A DNA stretch of 64,000 bases from assembly GCA_902787955.1 (NCBI GenBank), contig CADAIJ010000010.1:1942-65941 (forward strand), read 5' to 3'. A program made the translations under genes and the position numbers. Source of the DNA: an uncultured Erysipelotrichaceae bacterium. Lineage in GTDB: Bacteria; Bacillota_I; Bacilli_A; RFN20; CAG-826. Below are positions 49,913-59,569 of this stretch, in pieces (position 1 is the stretch's first letter; each line of letters begins with the position of its first letter). The notes beneath the pieces are model-generated. The model was not told where the DNA came from, searched no databases, and worked only from the letters and a program-made list of their open reading frames with translations.

Positions 49913-50371
49913 TTATTTAGCCTCGAAAGAATTTAATAATCTTTCATAAGATGGATGAGTGGAAGAAATAACAATTTGACGAGTATTATCATCCACTCTT
50001 GTAATTACGATATTTAAATGTTTATTTGGGATTAATGGTTCAATAAACTTTGGCCATTCAATAAAAGCAATTCCATCCCCTTCAATATATTCTTCTAAAC
50101 CAATATCAATGTTTTGATCTTCAAGACGGTAAGCATCGATATGGTAAATATGAGGAGTAACTTCGAAATAGCACTTTAATATATTAAAAGTTGGAGAAAT
50201 AACATGGCCTTTATAACCAAGTTCTTCCATAACTCCTCCGACAAAGGTGGTTTTACCTGCGCCTAAGTCACCAGATAATAAAACCACATCACCAACACTT
50301 AGTTCGTGAATGAGTTTTTTAGCGATTAATTTAGTTTCTTCTACTGAATGTGTGACAATTACTTTTTCCAT
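49913..50371 (-). CDS. tsaE: tRNA threonylcarbamoyladenosine biosynthesis ATPase TsaE
   Basis: P-loop LSGDLGAGKTTFVGG; ~150 aa YjeE family. Confidence 0.85.
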   Translation of the reverse strand: MEKVIVTHSVEETKLIAKKLIHELSVGDVVLLSGDLGAGKTTFVGGVMEELGYKGHVISPTFNILKCYFEVTPHIYHIDAYRLEDQNIDIGLEEYIEGDGIAFIEWPKFIEPLIPNKHLNIVITRVDDNTRQIVISSTHPSYERLLNSFEAK

Positions 50372-50423
50372 AGCGTTGATTATTATAGCAAAAATAAAAA
50401 ATTATTTTTATAATGTTTTCATT

Positions 50424-51335
50424 ATGAATAGAAATGTAGATGTTATTATTGTCGGCGCAGGCCCTATTGGTTTATACCTTGCTTCCTTATTTGAAAATGC
50501 GAATAAATCATATCTTTTACTTGAAGCTAGCGATCATGTTGGTGGTCAATTAGTTAACCTTTATCCAGAAAAAGATATCGTAGATATTCCAGGAATTGAA
50601 TGTATTAAAGCTAAAGATTATATAGCATTAGTATCTTCTAAAGTTAGTTTTGATCATGTTTTATTAAATCAAAACGTCCTTTCAATTGATGAAATTAATA
50701 ACGAAGTAATAACAAAAACAAAAGATAATGAATTCCATTCTAAATACGCGGTTATTTCAGTTGGTTTAGGTTTTTCAAAACCAAGACCACTTGGAGTAAA
50801 TAATGAAGAGGAAGCTAAAAATATTCTTTATTCACTTAAAGATTTCACTTTCTTAAAAGATAAAAGAGTCGCGATTTTTGGTGGAGGTGATAGCGCGCTT
50901 GACTGGGCGAAAGCAATCAGTGAACTTAGTGATGACACTCATTTAATCCACCGCCGTTTAGAATTTAGAGGAAATCCAGAAACCATTAAAAATTCTCATA
51001 ACTTAAAAGTGCATCTTCCTTATGTTCCTAAAGAGATTGATTTTAAAGATGGATTAGCAAGATCTGTCACTATAAGTAAAGTAATTTCCGAAGGTGAAAA
51101 AGAGGAAGAAATTATAATTCCAGTGGACTATATACTAGTTAATTACGGAAATGTCCCAACAAATACACCATTTAATTTAGACTATGATGGTAACTTCATT
51201 AAGGTAGATGAAAACTTAAGAAGTAAAGGTAACATCTACGTTATTGGAGATGCTTGTAGTTACGAAAATAAAAAGAGGCGTATTGCCCCTGGAAATAATG
51301 AAGCTGATAAATTATTCAAGCTTCTAGCTATCTAG
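50424..51335 (+). CDS. FAD-dependent ferredoxin-NADP reductase / thioredoxin-reductase-like oxidoreductase
   Basis: Start ATG 50424 (MNRNVDVIIVGAGPIGL...). Two Rossmann GxGxxG motifs (IIVGAGPIG; IFGGGDSALD); YVIGDA. Confidence 0.7.
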   Translation: MNRNVDVIIVGAGPIGLYLASLFENANKSYLLLEASDHVGGQLVNLYPEKDIVDIPGIECIKAKDYIALVSSKVSFDHVLLNQNVLSIDEINNEVITKTKDNEFHSKYAVISVGLGFSKPRPLGVNNEEEAKNILYSLKDFTFLKDKRVAIFGGGDSALDWAKAISELSDDTHLIHRRLEFRGNPETIKNSHNLKVHLPYVPKEIDFKDGLARSVTISKVISEGEKEEEIIIPVDYILVNYGNVPTNTPFNLDYDGNFIKVDENLRSKGNIYVIGDACSYENKKRRIAPGNNEADKLFKLLAI

Positions 51336-51855
51336 TTTTATCTAAAAATTCCTGATACAAACGATAGATCTCGCTATCGACAAACGGGAATTTTTTCTTA
51401 TCCATCATCACTAAAATATTATCGACTGCGTTAGTAAGAATATCTTTAACATCACTTGGATAATTTAATTCTTCAGCGTGCTTTTTATATTCACTAACAT
51501 CAAGTAATCTAGTGCTACCATCATGATACTTTTTAACATCTAGATCGTAATCAATATATTTTAGGAAGCCTTTATCCTTAATAGTTGGAGAGGCAACATT
51601 AACATAATAGGTAATTCCATCTTCCTTAAGCATAGCGATAACATTAAACCATTCTTTCTTAGAAAGAATCATAAGGGCTGGTTCTCTAGTGTGCCACACT
51701 CTTCCATCAGATTCAACAACACTACTTCTAACGGAAGCTACCATATAATAATTATCATTTTCTTCAACAAGAAAACCATGACTCCATTGACGATGAAGTT
51801 CACCATTATGTTTATATGCTTGGATAATAATCCAGTTATTATTAGTAGTAGTCAT
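51328..51855 (-). CDS. DUF402 family protein (YgaC/Ntdp-like nucleoside di/triphosphatase)
   Basis: ~175 aa with ..YIDYDLDV.. motif typical of DUF402/FomD-like proteins. Confidence 0.45.
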   Translation of the reverse strand: MTTTNNNWIIIQAYKHNGELHRQWSHGFLVEENDNYYMVASVRSSVVESDGRVWHTREPALMILSKKEWFNVIAMLKEDGITYYVNVASPTIKDKGFLKYIDYDLDVKKYHDGSTRLLDVSEYKKHAEELNYPSDVKDILTNAVDNILVMMDKKKFPFVDSEIYRLYQEFLDKTR

Positions 51856-51917
51856 AAGTTCAATACAATAAGAATTAGCCTTGCTATAAGTATAGCGAAT
51901 GAAAAATAAATTTATAG

Positions 51918-52946
51918 TTATTTATTAAGTAGTTCGATAAATTTTACTGTCTTTAATAAATCTTCCTTATATTCTTTGTTTGGAGTTGGGTTAAATGGTT
52001 TTTCAAGTGGAATAATCATTAAATCATCATCATAACCTAAGCAGACAAAGACTTTACCGTCTCTAATAGAGACCGCAACATCGATTAAGGTGTTATCTGG
52101 TTTAATTTGGAATAAGGCTTGTTTAAATTTAGCGTTAACAACTTTATTCCAGTTTTCATTATTTGAATAAACGCTCATCTTTTCATCATCGAAGACAAGC
52201 TTAATGTCATCAATATTGGTTGGAGGAATTGATCTCTTATCGCCTTTTAAGTAAACAATAATTTGTTCATCATTATAATTTGCTGGAGCGATAAAGAATT
52301 TACCAACAAAGATGGTTTGCATGGATTTACCGTTATTGATTTTGGCGCCAGCATCTGCCACTAGGAAGTTAAGACCATGATATTTAACATCACAGACGTT
52401 ACGGGAATTAACTTGAATGACATTCTTATATAGATAAGCTTCATCGAATTGAATCTTTTCAAGTGTCTTTTTTGCACCGCCTTCGAGAAGTTCAAGTTCG
52501 CCATCAAAATGATACTTATTTAAAGTTTCATATAAGGTATCAAAATATGTTCTTAACTTTTTATTCATTGAGCGACGGACAACAAATGAATAAGTAAACA
52601 TAATAAGTAAAGATATAGCCGCCATAACAACCATAAGAGAAATTCTTAAGGTGTTATATTCTTCACCTTTAATGATATTTGGAACCCCAATAAAGGCAAA
52701 AATCAAAACACCAATACCAAGTAAAGAAACAATTATTTTAATAACATTTTGTTTTTTATAAGCTTGATAAAGCTCTTGTCTAGATTCTTCAATTACATTC
52801 AAAAAATCAATAGGAAGTCCATCCTTTTCGTCTAAAACTGGTTCTTCTTCTTTTTGATTAATAACTTCTATTTCTTCGTTATTTTCTTCTGTAACAGGTT
52901 TAGTTTCTTCCGTTACTTCTTCATTCTTTAATTCTTTTTCTTCCAT
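51918..52946 (-). CDS. membrane protein with acidic N-terminus and 2 TM helices, hypothetical
   Basis: ATG 52946 with AAAGGAAA SD. TM segments VIKIIVSLLGIGVLIFAFIGV and LRISLMVVMAAISLLIMF. Confidence 0.45.
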   Translation of the reverse strand: MEEKELKNEEVTEETKPVTEENNEEIEVINQKEEEPVLDEKDGLPIDFLNVIEESRQELYQAYKKQNVIKIIVSLLGIGVLIFAFIGVPNIIKGEEYNTLRISLMVVMAAISLLIMFTYSFVVRRSMNKKLRTYFDTLYETLNKYHFDGELELLEGGAKKTLEKIQFDEAYLYKNVIQVNSRNVCDVKYHGLNFLVADAGAKINNGKSMQTIFVGKFFIAPANYNDEQIIVYLKGDKRSIPPTNIDDIKLVFDDEKMSVYSNNENWNKVVNAKFKQALFQIKPDNTLIDVAVSIRDGKVFVCLGYDDDLMIIPLEKPFNPTPNKEYKEDLLKTVKFIELLNK

Positions 52947-52998
52947 AAGCAAACATTTCCTTTAAAAGGACTATAACACAAATTCACTTAATTATTAA

Positions 52999-53982
52999 TT
53001 AAAATGATTCTCCATCAGTTGGGAATCTTGCTTCGATCATTTTAATTGGGCCAAGTAAGAAGATAAGGATAATCATCGCAACTCCACCGGTTAATGGAAT
53101 ATAGGCTGCGTTATATGCTAAAGCTGCAGCAAAATCATATTCATAAATAATCATTGAGGAGGCTGTAGAACCGATTAATCTAATTAAAGTTGCTAGAACA
53201 CAACCAACAATAATAAATAAGATGCTCTTTAAGTTATATAAGGAGCTATCTTCATTAAGAATAAGTTTTCTAAAGAAACCTAAAGCCATAACACTACCAA
53301 AACCAATAAGGTAATCAAATGGATAAGTAGCAAAGCCATAGCCATCAGTTAAGCAAGTAATTAAACCAAAGATAATACCACCTGAAACAAAGGCGTGCAT
53401 TGGTCCTCTTCTAATTGCAATTAAGAATAATGGGAGCATTTGGAAGTTAAATGAACCACCAGTGCTACCAATTTGAACTTTAATTAAGTTAAAAACAAAG
53501 GCTAACGCAATTAAAATACCATCTTCTGACATTCCTTTAATAGTCGCGTTATTAAATGAAGACAATGAGGTGATAAGTCCAATTGTGACAAATAATGTGG
53601 AGATTGGCACACCAAATGAAACCTTAACTGATTTCATCGTTTCAATTGGATTATAAGAATAAAATTCTCTTTGAAGGATGATAAATACCACCGCAATAGC
53701 AAGCACCATTGCAGCAGCACTAGCACATTCCTTTTTTACAAATGAACCTAGCATTAATAAAACGCCACCACTAACTAAAAGGGCTAAATATCCATACATT
53801 GCCCAGTTAAATGGTTGAATATCACTAAAGAAGTCCCATAAATAGAGATCACTATAAGTGCTATCGGTATATTTAACAGTTAAGATAGGTAGTAAAAGCG
53901 ATAAAATCGCTAACACAATAGCGCCTAAACCAATATAAGCGGTACTGTGTTTAATCAAAGATTCATCATTGTCTCTTTTCAT
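52999..53982 (-). CDS. polytopic membrane protein under a TPP riboswitch; putative thiamine or thiamine-precursor transporter
   Basis: 8-9 TM helices. Function inferred only from the upstream THI-box. Confidence 0.45.
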   Translation of the reverse strand: MKRDNDESLIKHSTAYIGLGAIVLAILSLLLPILTVKYTDSTYSDLYLWDFFSDIQPFNWAMYGYLALLVSGGVLLMLGSFVKKECASAAAMVLAIAVVFIILQREFYSYNPIETMKSVKVSFGVPISTLFVTIGLITSLSSFNNATIKGMSEDGILIALAFVFNLIKVQIGSTGGSFNFQMLPLFLIAIRRGPMHAFVSGGIIFGLITCLTDGYGFATYPFDYLIGFGSVMALGFFRKLILNEDSSLYNLKSILFIIVGCVLATLIRLIGSTASSMIIYEYDFAAALAYNAAYIPLTGGVAMIILIFLLGPIKMIEARFPTDGESF

Positions 53983-53994
53983 AAAAAATTCCTC

Positions 53995-54100
53995 TCTAGG
54001 AGGTGAGCAAAATTGTTACCTCCGCCAGCATTACCTGGATCAGGTTCCGTTTGGTCTACTATAGACTCTTCTCAGCCTTCTGATAGAAAGCACCGGTTGA
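53995..54100 (-). promoter_or_regulatory. TPP (THI-box) riboswitch
   Basis: Minus RNA: ..ACCGGUGCUUUCUAUCAGAAGGCUGAGAAGAGUC..ACGGAACCUGAUCCAGGUAAUGCUGGCGGAGG.. matches the THI-box consensus (GGUGC..GGCUGAGA..AACCUGAUCUGGAUAAUGCCAGCGUAGGGA). Then GGAGGU...ACCUCC hairpin before the SD GAGAGGAA. Confidence 0.8.
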
Positions 54101-54120
54101 CATGATTAATTATAGTCTTA

Positions 54121-54777
54121 CTAATTTTTCCAATCAATAGGCTTAACACCATGTTCTAATAAGTATTCATTGCAACGTTTAAATTGATTGGTGTTAAACC
54201 ACCCACCTCTATTTGCGCTAAGTGGCGATGGATGCGAACTTTGTAAGACTAATTTATTAGGATTAGTGATGTATTTAGCGAATTGTTTAGCGAAATTTCC
54301 CCAAAGCATAAAAACAATAGGTTGATCTAGATTATTTAAAAATTTCATTAAGTCTATGGCTAGTTTTTCGTATTCCACTCTTTTATGAGATAAGGCATGA
54401 CTAGCCACTACACTTAAATAAACGTTATAAAGTAGAACTCCTTGTTTAGCTAAATAGGTTAGGTCGCCATTCCTTTTCATCTTATAGCCAAATTCAAGAT
54501 ATATTTCTTTATAAATATTAATTAGACTTGGAGGAATTTCAGTTGTAGATGGAACACTAAAAGATAAACCCATAGCCTGATTTACTTCGTGATATGGGTC
54601 TTGTCCAATAATAACGACTTTAAGATTGTCAAGTTCACATAATTCAAAAGCTTTAAACATATTTTCGCGAGGTGGAAAAATAGTTTTTGTCTTATACTCT
54701 TCATCTAAAAAAGACATCAGAGATTGATAATAATCTTTTTGTTTTACTTCGTTAAAGAAGGAATCCCAATTTGGCAT
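54121..54777 (-). CDS. ung: uracil-DNA glycosylase
   Basis: Family-1 UDG motifs GQDPYH and HPSPLS; full length ~218 aa. Confidence 0.9.
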   Translation of the reverse strand: MPNWDSFFNEVKQKDYYQSLMSFLDEEYKTKTIFPPRENMFKAFELCELDNLKVVIIGQDPYHEVNQAMGLSFSVPSTTEIPPSLINIYKEIYLEFGYKMKRNGDLTYLAKQGVLLYNVYLSVVASHALSHKRVEYEKLAIDLMKFLNNLDQPIVFMLWGNFAKQFAKYITNPNKLVLQSSHPSPLSANRGGWFNTNQFKRCNEYLLEHGVKPIDWKN

Positions 54778-54827
54778 ATAACTATTATATCTTTGAAATA
54801 AATGATAACAAAGTTATAATTTTAGCA

Positions 54828-55922
54828 ATGAAAAAAGTTCTATTTGTGTTTAATCACCCTGCTCCATATAAAGTTAAGCTCTTAAACGAACTCGCTAAAT
54901 ACTTAGACTTAACTGTTATTTTTGAACGCGAAAAAACCGGTGGAAGAAATAATGAATTCTATAGCGAACATAAATACAACTTTAAAACTGTACCTATTAA
55001 ACATATTAGCTTGGGTGATGAAAACGTTATCTCATCCGGAGTAAAAAAACATATTAAGAAAAACCACTACGACTTGATCATTATGAATGGTTATCGTAAT
55101 TTTGCTGAGATGAGCGCTATTAAATGGATGAAAAAACATAATGTTGAATTTGTTCAATATATTAATGGTGGAATCATCCATCAAGATGAACCTAAGTGGG
55201 TTAAAAGAATTAAAACTAAATATATCTCTGGTGCGAAATACTATATGTCTCCAGATGAAAGATCTAATGAATATCTAGTCTATTATGGTGCTGATAAAGA
55301 TAAAATCTTCAATTATCCTTATAGCACCATCTATGAAAAAGAGATTCTTAACAATAAACCAACTGAAGAAGAAATTGCTAAGGTTAGAAAAGAATATAAC
55401 TTAAATGCTAAAAACATCTTTGTTTCATGTGGCCAATTAATCGAAAGAAAAAACTACTTAGAACTTGTTAATAAGTGGGCAGAAATAGATAAAGAAAACG
55501 AATTAATTATCGTTGGAGAAGGCCCACAAAAAGAACAAATAGAAAGTCTAATCAATGAGAAAAAAATCCCAAATGTCCGACTTCTTGGGTACTTATCTCA
55601 TGAAAATCTCTTTAAACTCTATAAAGCATCTAAGGCTTTTGTCTTCCCAAGTAAGGAAGATATTTATGGACATGTTGTTAATGAAGCTTTCTCCCAGGGA
55701 TTACCTGTTATCTGTTTAAATAATGTTAATTCAGGTGTTCATTTAATTCATGATAAGGTTAATGGTTTTGTTCTAGAAAATATTAATTCTCAAAGTTTCA
55801 TTGATGCGATAAACTATGTTTTATCTCATGATATGTTTGATGAGGCAATTAAAACTGCAAAAGCAAACACAATAGAGAAAATGGTTGAAGCTAACTTAAA
55901 AATTATTGAGGAAAACGAATGA
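54828..55922 (+). CDS. glycosyltransferase family 4
   Basis: Start at ATG 54828 (MKKVLFVFNHP..). C-terminal Glycos_transf_1 E-x7-E region ..FPSKEDIYGHVVNEAFSQGLPVI. Confidence 0.7.
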   Translation: MKKVLFVFNHPAPYKVKLLNELAKYLDLTVIFEREKTGGRNNEFYSEHKYNFKTVPIKHISLGDENVISSGVKKHIKKNHYDLIIMNGYRNFAEMSAIKWMKKHNVEFVQYINGGIIHQDEPKWVKRIKTKYISGAKYYMSPDERSNEYLVYYGADKDKIFNYPYSTIYEKEILNNKPTEEEIAKVRKEYNLNAKNIFVSCGQLIERKNYLELVNKWAEIDKENELIIVGEGPQKEQIESLINEKKIPNVRLLGYLSHENLFKLYKASKAFVFPSKEDIYGHVVNEAFSQGLPVICLNNVNSGVHLIHDKVNGFVLENINSQSFIDAINYVLSHDMFDEAIKTAKANTIEKMVEANLKIIEENE

Positions 55923-57091
55923 ATATAGTTGTACTAACTAGCTCTATGGCCGATGCGGACTTTAACGAATTCGCTAAAAGTGCTCGCATTAAACCAAATC
56001 CTAGTAACCAAAACTTCTACAATAAACTCATTAAAGCACTTTCATTTTATAACAACGTTAGTGTTCTTTCCTTACGTCCTTTTGTTAAAGGTATGTTTGA
56101 TGATGATTATTTGGATTCCCGTGATGGTAATGACGGTACAATTAAGTATTATTATCCTTATATAAAAGCTTCTAAATCATTTAAAGTTTCTAAGCAAACC
56201 GATGAAATCTTAGGTACATTTGAAAGATTATTAATTGAACAAGGTTACAAAACATTTGTTTTAGTTGTTGATACCTTAAGGTATTCATTACTTAAAGCCG
56301 CGAAAGAAATAGTTAAAAAATATGGCTGTAAAGTTATTGGTGTTGTTACCGATAACCCATCTAATATAAGTGGAGCAAGACCAAGCTATATTGCTTCAAT
56401 TAAAAGATTAACTAATAACCTAGATGGCTATATTGCTCTAACCGAATCTTTAAATAGAGTTATTAATATTAAAAAGAAACCTTCACTTGTTACTGAAGGT
56501 CTTGTTGAGGATATTGAAGAATCACCAAAACTTCCTATTGGAGAATATATCTTCTTTGGAGGAGCCTTATCCGAGCGTTTTGGGGTTAGAAGAATGTTAG
56601 ATGCTTTCCATAAATCTAATTCTAAATTTAAATTTGTTATCGCAGGTTCAGGTGAACTTACAAAATATATTTATGATTTAAGTGATAAAGATAGAAGGAT
56701 TTTATTCTTAGGTTTACTAGATAAATCCACTTTATATATGCTTGAACAACATGCTGTTGTTAATATTAATCCACGCCCATACGATTGGAGAATGGATAGA
56801 GAATCAGTTCCATCTAAATTATTAGAATATTTTGCTAGTGGCGCGCCTGTAATGTCTACTAAACATTCTAAGACTCAAGAGATTTTCTATAACAGTGCGA
56901 TTTGGTTAGAAGATGATAGCGAAAAAGGACTTCAAAGAGCAATAGAATCTTTAGATCATCAAGATTTCGTCGAATTAAAAAAGCGCGCTATCAATGCCCG
57001 CTTAAGAGTGTATGAACTTTATGGATTAAGAAGCCAAGGTGAATCTTTCACTCACTTTATTGCTTCTATTAATTCTTCTTCTATTAAATAA
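55919..57091 (+). CDS. glycosyltransferase (GT4-like)
   Basis: 4-nt overlap with the upstream GT. C-terminal ..SKLLEYFASGAPVMSTKHS.. GT-B motif. 3' end overlaps the convergent GT gene by ~40 nt. Confidence 0.6.
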   Translation: MNIVVLTSSMADADFNEFAKSARIKPNPSNQNFYNKLIKALSFYNNVSVLSLRPFVKGMFDDDYLDSRDGNDGTIKYYYPYIKASKSFKVSKQTDEILGTFERLLIEQGYKTFVLVVDTLRYSLLKAAKEIVKKYGCKVIGVVTDNPSNISGARPSYIASIKRLTNNLDGYIALTESLNRVINIKKKPSLVTEGLVEDIEESPKLPIGEYIFFGGALSERFGVRRMLDAFHKSNSKFKFVIAGSGELTKYIYDLSDKDRRILFLGLLDKSTLYMLEQHAVVNINPRPYDWRMDRESVPSKLLEYFASGAPVMSTKHSKTQEIFYNSAIWLEDDSEKGLQRAIESLDHQDFVELKKRAINARLRVYELYGLRSQGESFTHFIASINSSSIK

Positions 57092-58236
57092 GATATCTTT
57101 GTAGCAGTTAAATTCTCATCAAAATATTTCTTATTATTGTTACCCATTTCTAATTTCGTTTCTTCGTCTAAGGAAACGATTTTTTCTATAATTGAGGCGA
57201 TTTCTTGTGGGTTTTCCGATGAAAACATTGATCCATTAGCTTTACTTAATAAATCTTTTCCATCTCCAGTTAAAACTCCTAATATTGGTCTTCCATAAGA
57301 CATATATTGATTAACTTTATTTGGAATAGTTTTTCCAACTGAACCTTTACTTGATAAAGACACAACAAGTGCATCAGCGTTATAAAAATAAGCTTCAGCT
57401 TTTTCAATTGGAAGCGCACCATGATAAGTAACTACATCACTAAGTTTTTCTTCTTCAATTCTATGTTTAATATGTTCTAGTTCACTACCCATACCAGAGA
57501 TATGAAGCATGATATCTTTCCCTTTTAAGATTTTCATCGCATTAAGAAGTTCATCAAGAAGCTGGATCTTACCAATATTACCCGCATAAACGATGTTATA
57601 TTTATTTTTATATTCAATCGGTTTTTCGCTTCTTTTTGATTTAAGAATTGGCTGATTAATATACACGAATGGTTTTTCAACATGAAGAACGTTTTTAAAA
57701 TAATCCACGAAAGATGGGGAAGAAACGATTATCTTATCAGTCTTTTCGTATAACGCTTTTGACCATTTATATAAGATTTTATAAGGTAGAGAATTCATCT
57801 TAAATGTGCCTGTTACTACAGTAGATTCAGGCCATAGATCTTGGCAGAAAAGAACATGAGGTACTTTATGCTTTTTAGCGTATAAGTTAGCGCACGCGAT
57901 GGAAATAACTGGAGAAATAGAGAAAGATAAAACAACATCAAATTCTTTCTTAAAGCGCCTTACAAATCTTTTAGAGGTACGATGAAAACTTAAATAATTA
58001 AAAATAATTGATAATTTACCTCTTTTACGCGCATGTAAATTAACGCGGTGAACTTTAACCCCATTAATTATTTCTTCTTTAACATTTTTGTATTCTTCAA
58101 GCTTTTTATCGAAACCACAGTTAGGTTTCCCTGTTATTACTTCAACTTCGTGACCAAGGCGTAATAAACCTTCTGCTACTTCGTTAACAGAAAATCTTTC
58201 CGGATAATAAACTTGAGAGGTTATTAATATTTTCAT
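57052..58236 (-). CDS. glycosyltransferase family 4
   Basis: ATG 58236 (MKILITSQVYYPE..). ..GSVGKTIPNKVNQYMSYGRPILG.. GT4 C-terminal motif. Confidence 0.7.
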   Translation of the reverse strand: MKILITSQVYYPERFSVNEVAEGLLRLGHEVEVITGKPNCGFDKKLEEYKNVKEEIINGVKVHRVNLHARKRGKLSIIFNYLSFHRTSKRFVRRFKKEFDVVLSFSISPVISIACANLYAKKHKVPHVLFCQDLWPESTVVTGTFKMNSLPYKILYKWSKALYEKTDKIIVSSPSFVDYFKNVLHVEKPFVYINQPILKSKRSEKPIEYKNKYNIVYAGNIGKIQLLDELLNAMKILKGKDIMLHISGMGSELEHIKHRIEEEKLSDVVTYHGALPIEKAEAYFYNADALVVSLSSKGSVGKTIPNKVNQYMSYGRPILGVLTGDGKDLLSKANGSMFSSENPQEIASIIEKIVSLDEETKLEMGNNNKKYFDENLTATKISYLIEEELIEAIK

Positions 58237-58269
58237 TGAGACAATTATACTCAATCTATTATTAATTAA

Positions 58270-59481
58270 CTAAACATTATGTTCTTTTAAATATTCTTTT
58301 CGAGAATACATTAACTTATCAGCGCGGCTAAACACTGCTCTATAAGTGTTATCTTGTCCTCTACGATAAATCGACATTCCCGCGGAAATAATTGGTTTAT
58401 CTGAATCCACTGCTTCATCAATTTGGTGGTTAAAGGAAGCAAATAATGATTTACGGTTTTGATAATTATCATTTTGTAAAATAACAACAAATTCATCGCC
58501 GCCAAAACGATATAAGTTATCTTCACCAAAATATTTCGCAATTACTTTAACTGAATCACAAATATATTTATCACCTGCATCATGGCCTAAAGTATCATTT
58601 ACTTGTTTTAAACCATTGAGGTCAAATACGATAACACCAAATTCTTTAATCTCGTCTTTCGCGATTAATTTATCCATCTTTTCTTCCATTTCAACATAAG
58701 CGTGTTTGTTATGAATATGAGTTAATGGATCAGTATAGGCTAAAGTAATGGCACTACCTAATGCTTCATCTTTAATCTTTTCATTATCTTTAGATACTTT
58801 TAAAGCATCATCTAGTTCTTTTCTAACATCGCCCACCATAAAGGCATGGAGAGAACAGATACCTATTAATAAACCCATTGAATAAAGTGGGAGATGAGTA
58901 TCAAATGTTTGGATAAGAATAAAAACGCCATTAATTAAAGAGAATGAAGAAATTGCAAAATATCTTCTACTCATCTTGTCTTTATTTCTCAAAGTAACGA
59001 TGAGGGTATAAACAAATAAGATAAAGTAAAAACCAGTTTGAACATAAAGTAAGATATCTCTAGCAGGTCCGCCAACATATTCAGCGGTTTCAAGATTCAC
59101 TGCAAAGAAAATTGGGGTGAAGAAGTTAATTATAATACAAACTATTTCTGCAACTAAAAAGGCCAAGCCAGTAAGCCGGGCAATTCTAGTAAATACTTTA
59201 TTCGATTGTAAAAATGTAATAACAAAGTGCATCCAGAAGAAGATTGTTAAACCTGTAAATAAGAAATAGAAAACTGTATCAATATAAAGAGGTAGACCTA
59301 ATTTAGCTTCTTCAAAAATACCCCATATAAAATCACTTATAAATAAGGATAATAAAGCGGTTAGAAATAACTTAAATGGTCTTAAGATATAAATGGCTTT
59401 AGATTCTGGGCGTCTTAAAGAATCAAAGTTAATTACTAAATGAATAGAAATAGCTAATGCAAGAAAGGCCCAATATGGCAT
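58270..59481 (-). CDS. integral-membrane diguanylate cyclase (6-7 TM sensor + GGDEF)
   Basis: C-terminal GGDEF domain with RFGGDEF and GLKQVNDTLGHDAGD. AAGGAGAAG SD. Confidence 0.85.
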   Translation of the reverse strand: MPYWAFLALAISIHLVINFDSLRRPESKAIYILRPFKLFLTALLSLFISDFIWGIFEEAKLGLPLYIDTVFYFLFTGLTIFFWMHFVITFLQSNKVFTRIARLTGLAFLVAEIVCIIINFFTPIFFAVNLETAEYVGGPARDILLYVQTGFYFILFVYTLIVTLRNKDKMSRRYFAISSFSLINGVFILIQTFDTHLPLYSMGLLIGICSLHAFMVGDVRKELDDALKVSKDNEKIKDEALGSAITLAYTDPLTHIHNKHAYVEMEEKMDKLIAKDEIKEFGVIVFDLNGLKQVNDTLGHDAGDKYICDSVKVIAKYFGEDNLYRFGGDEFVVILQNDNYQNRKSLFASFNHQIDEAVDSDKPIISAGMSIYRRGQDNTYRAVFSRADKLMYSRKEYLKEHNV

Positions 59482-59569
59482 AAGCTTCTCCTTGTTCTCT
59501 TTAAATAAAATTATAAAGAAATTTGTATAATTATCTAGATTAATAATATTAGAGGGGACTTCCTATAGG

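Noticed and set aside
50310-50423. Upstream extension of the FNR-like ORF from 50310
   Set aside because: Overlaps the convergent tsaE 3' end. The Rossmann fold begins right after ATG 50424.
54771-54827. TTG start at 54771 for the first glycosyltransferase
   Set aside because: Would overlap the divergent ung start codon. ATG 54828 gives the typical GT4 N-terminus MKKVLFVF.
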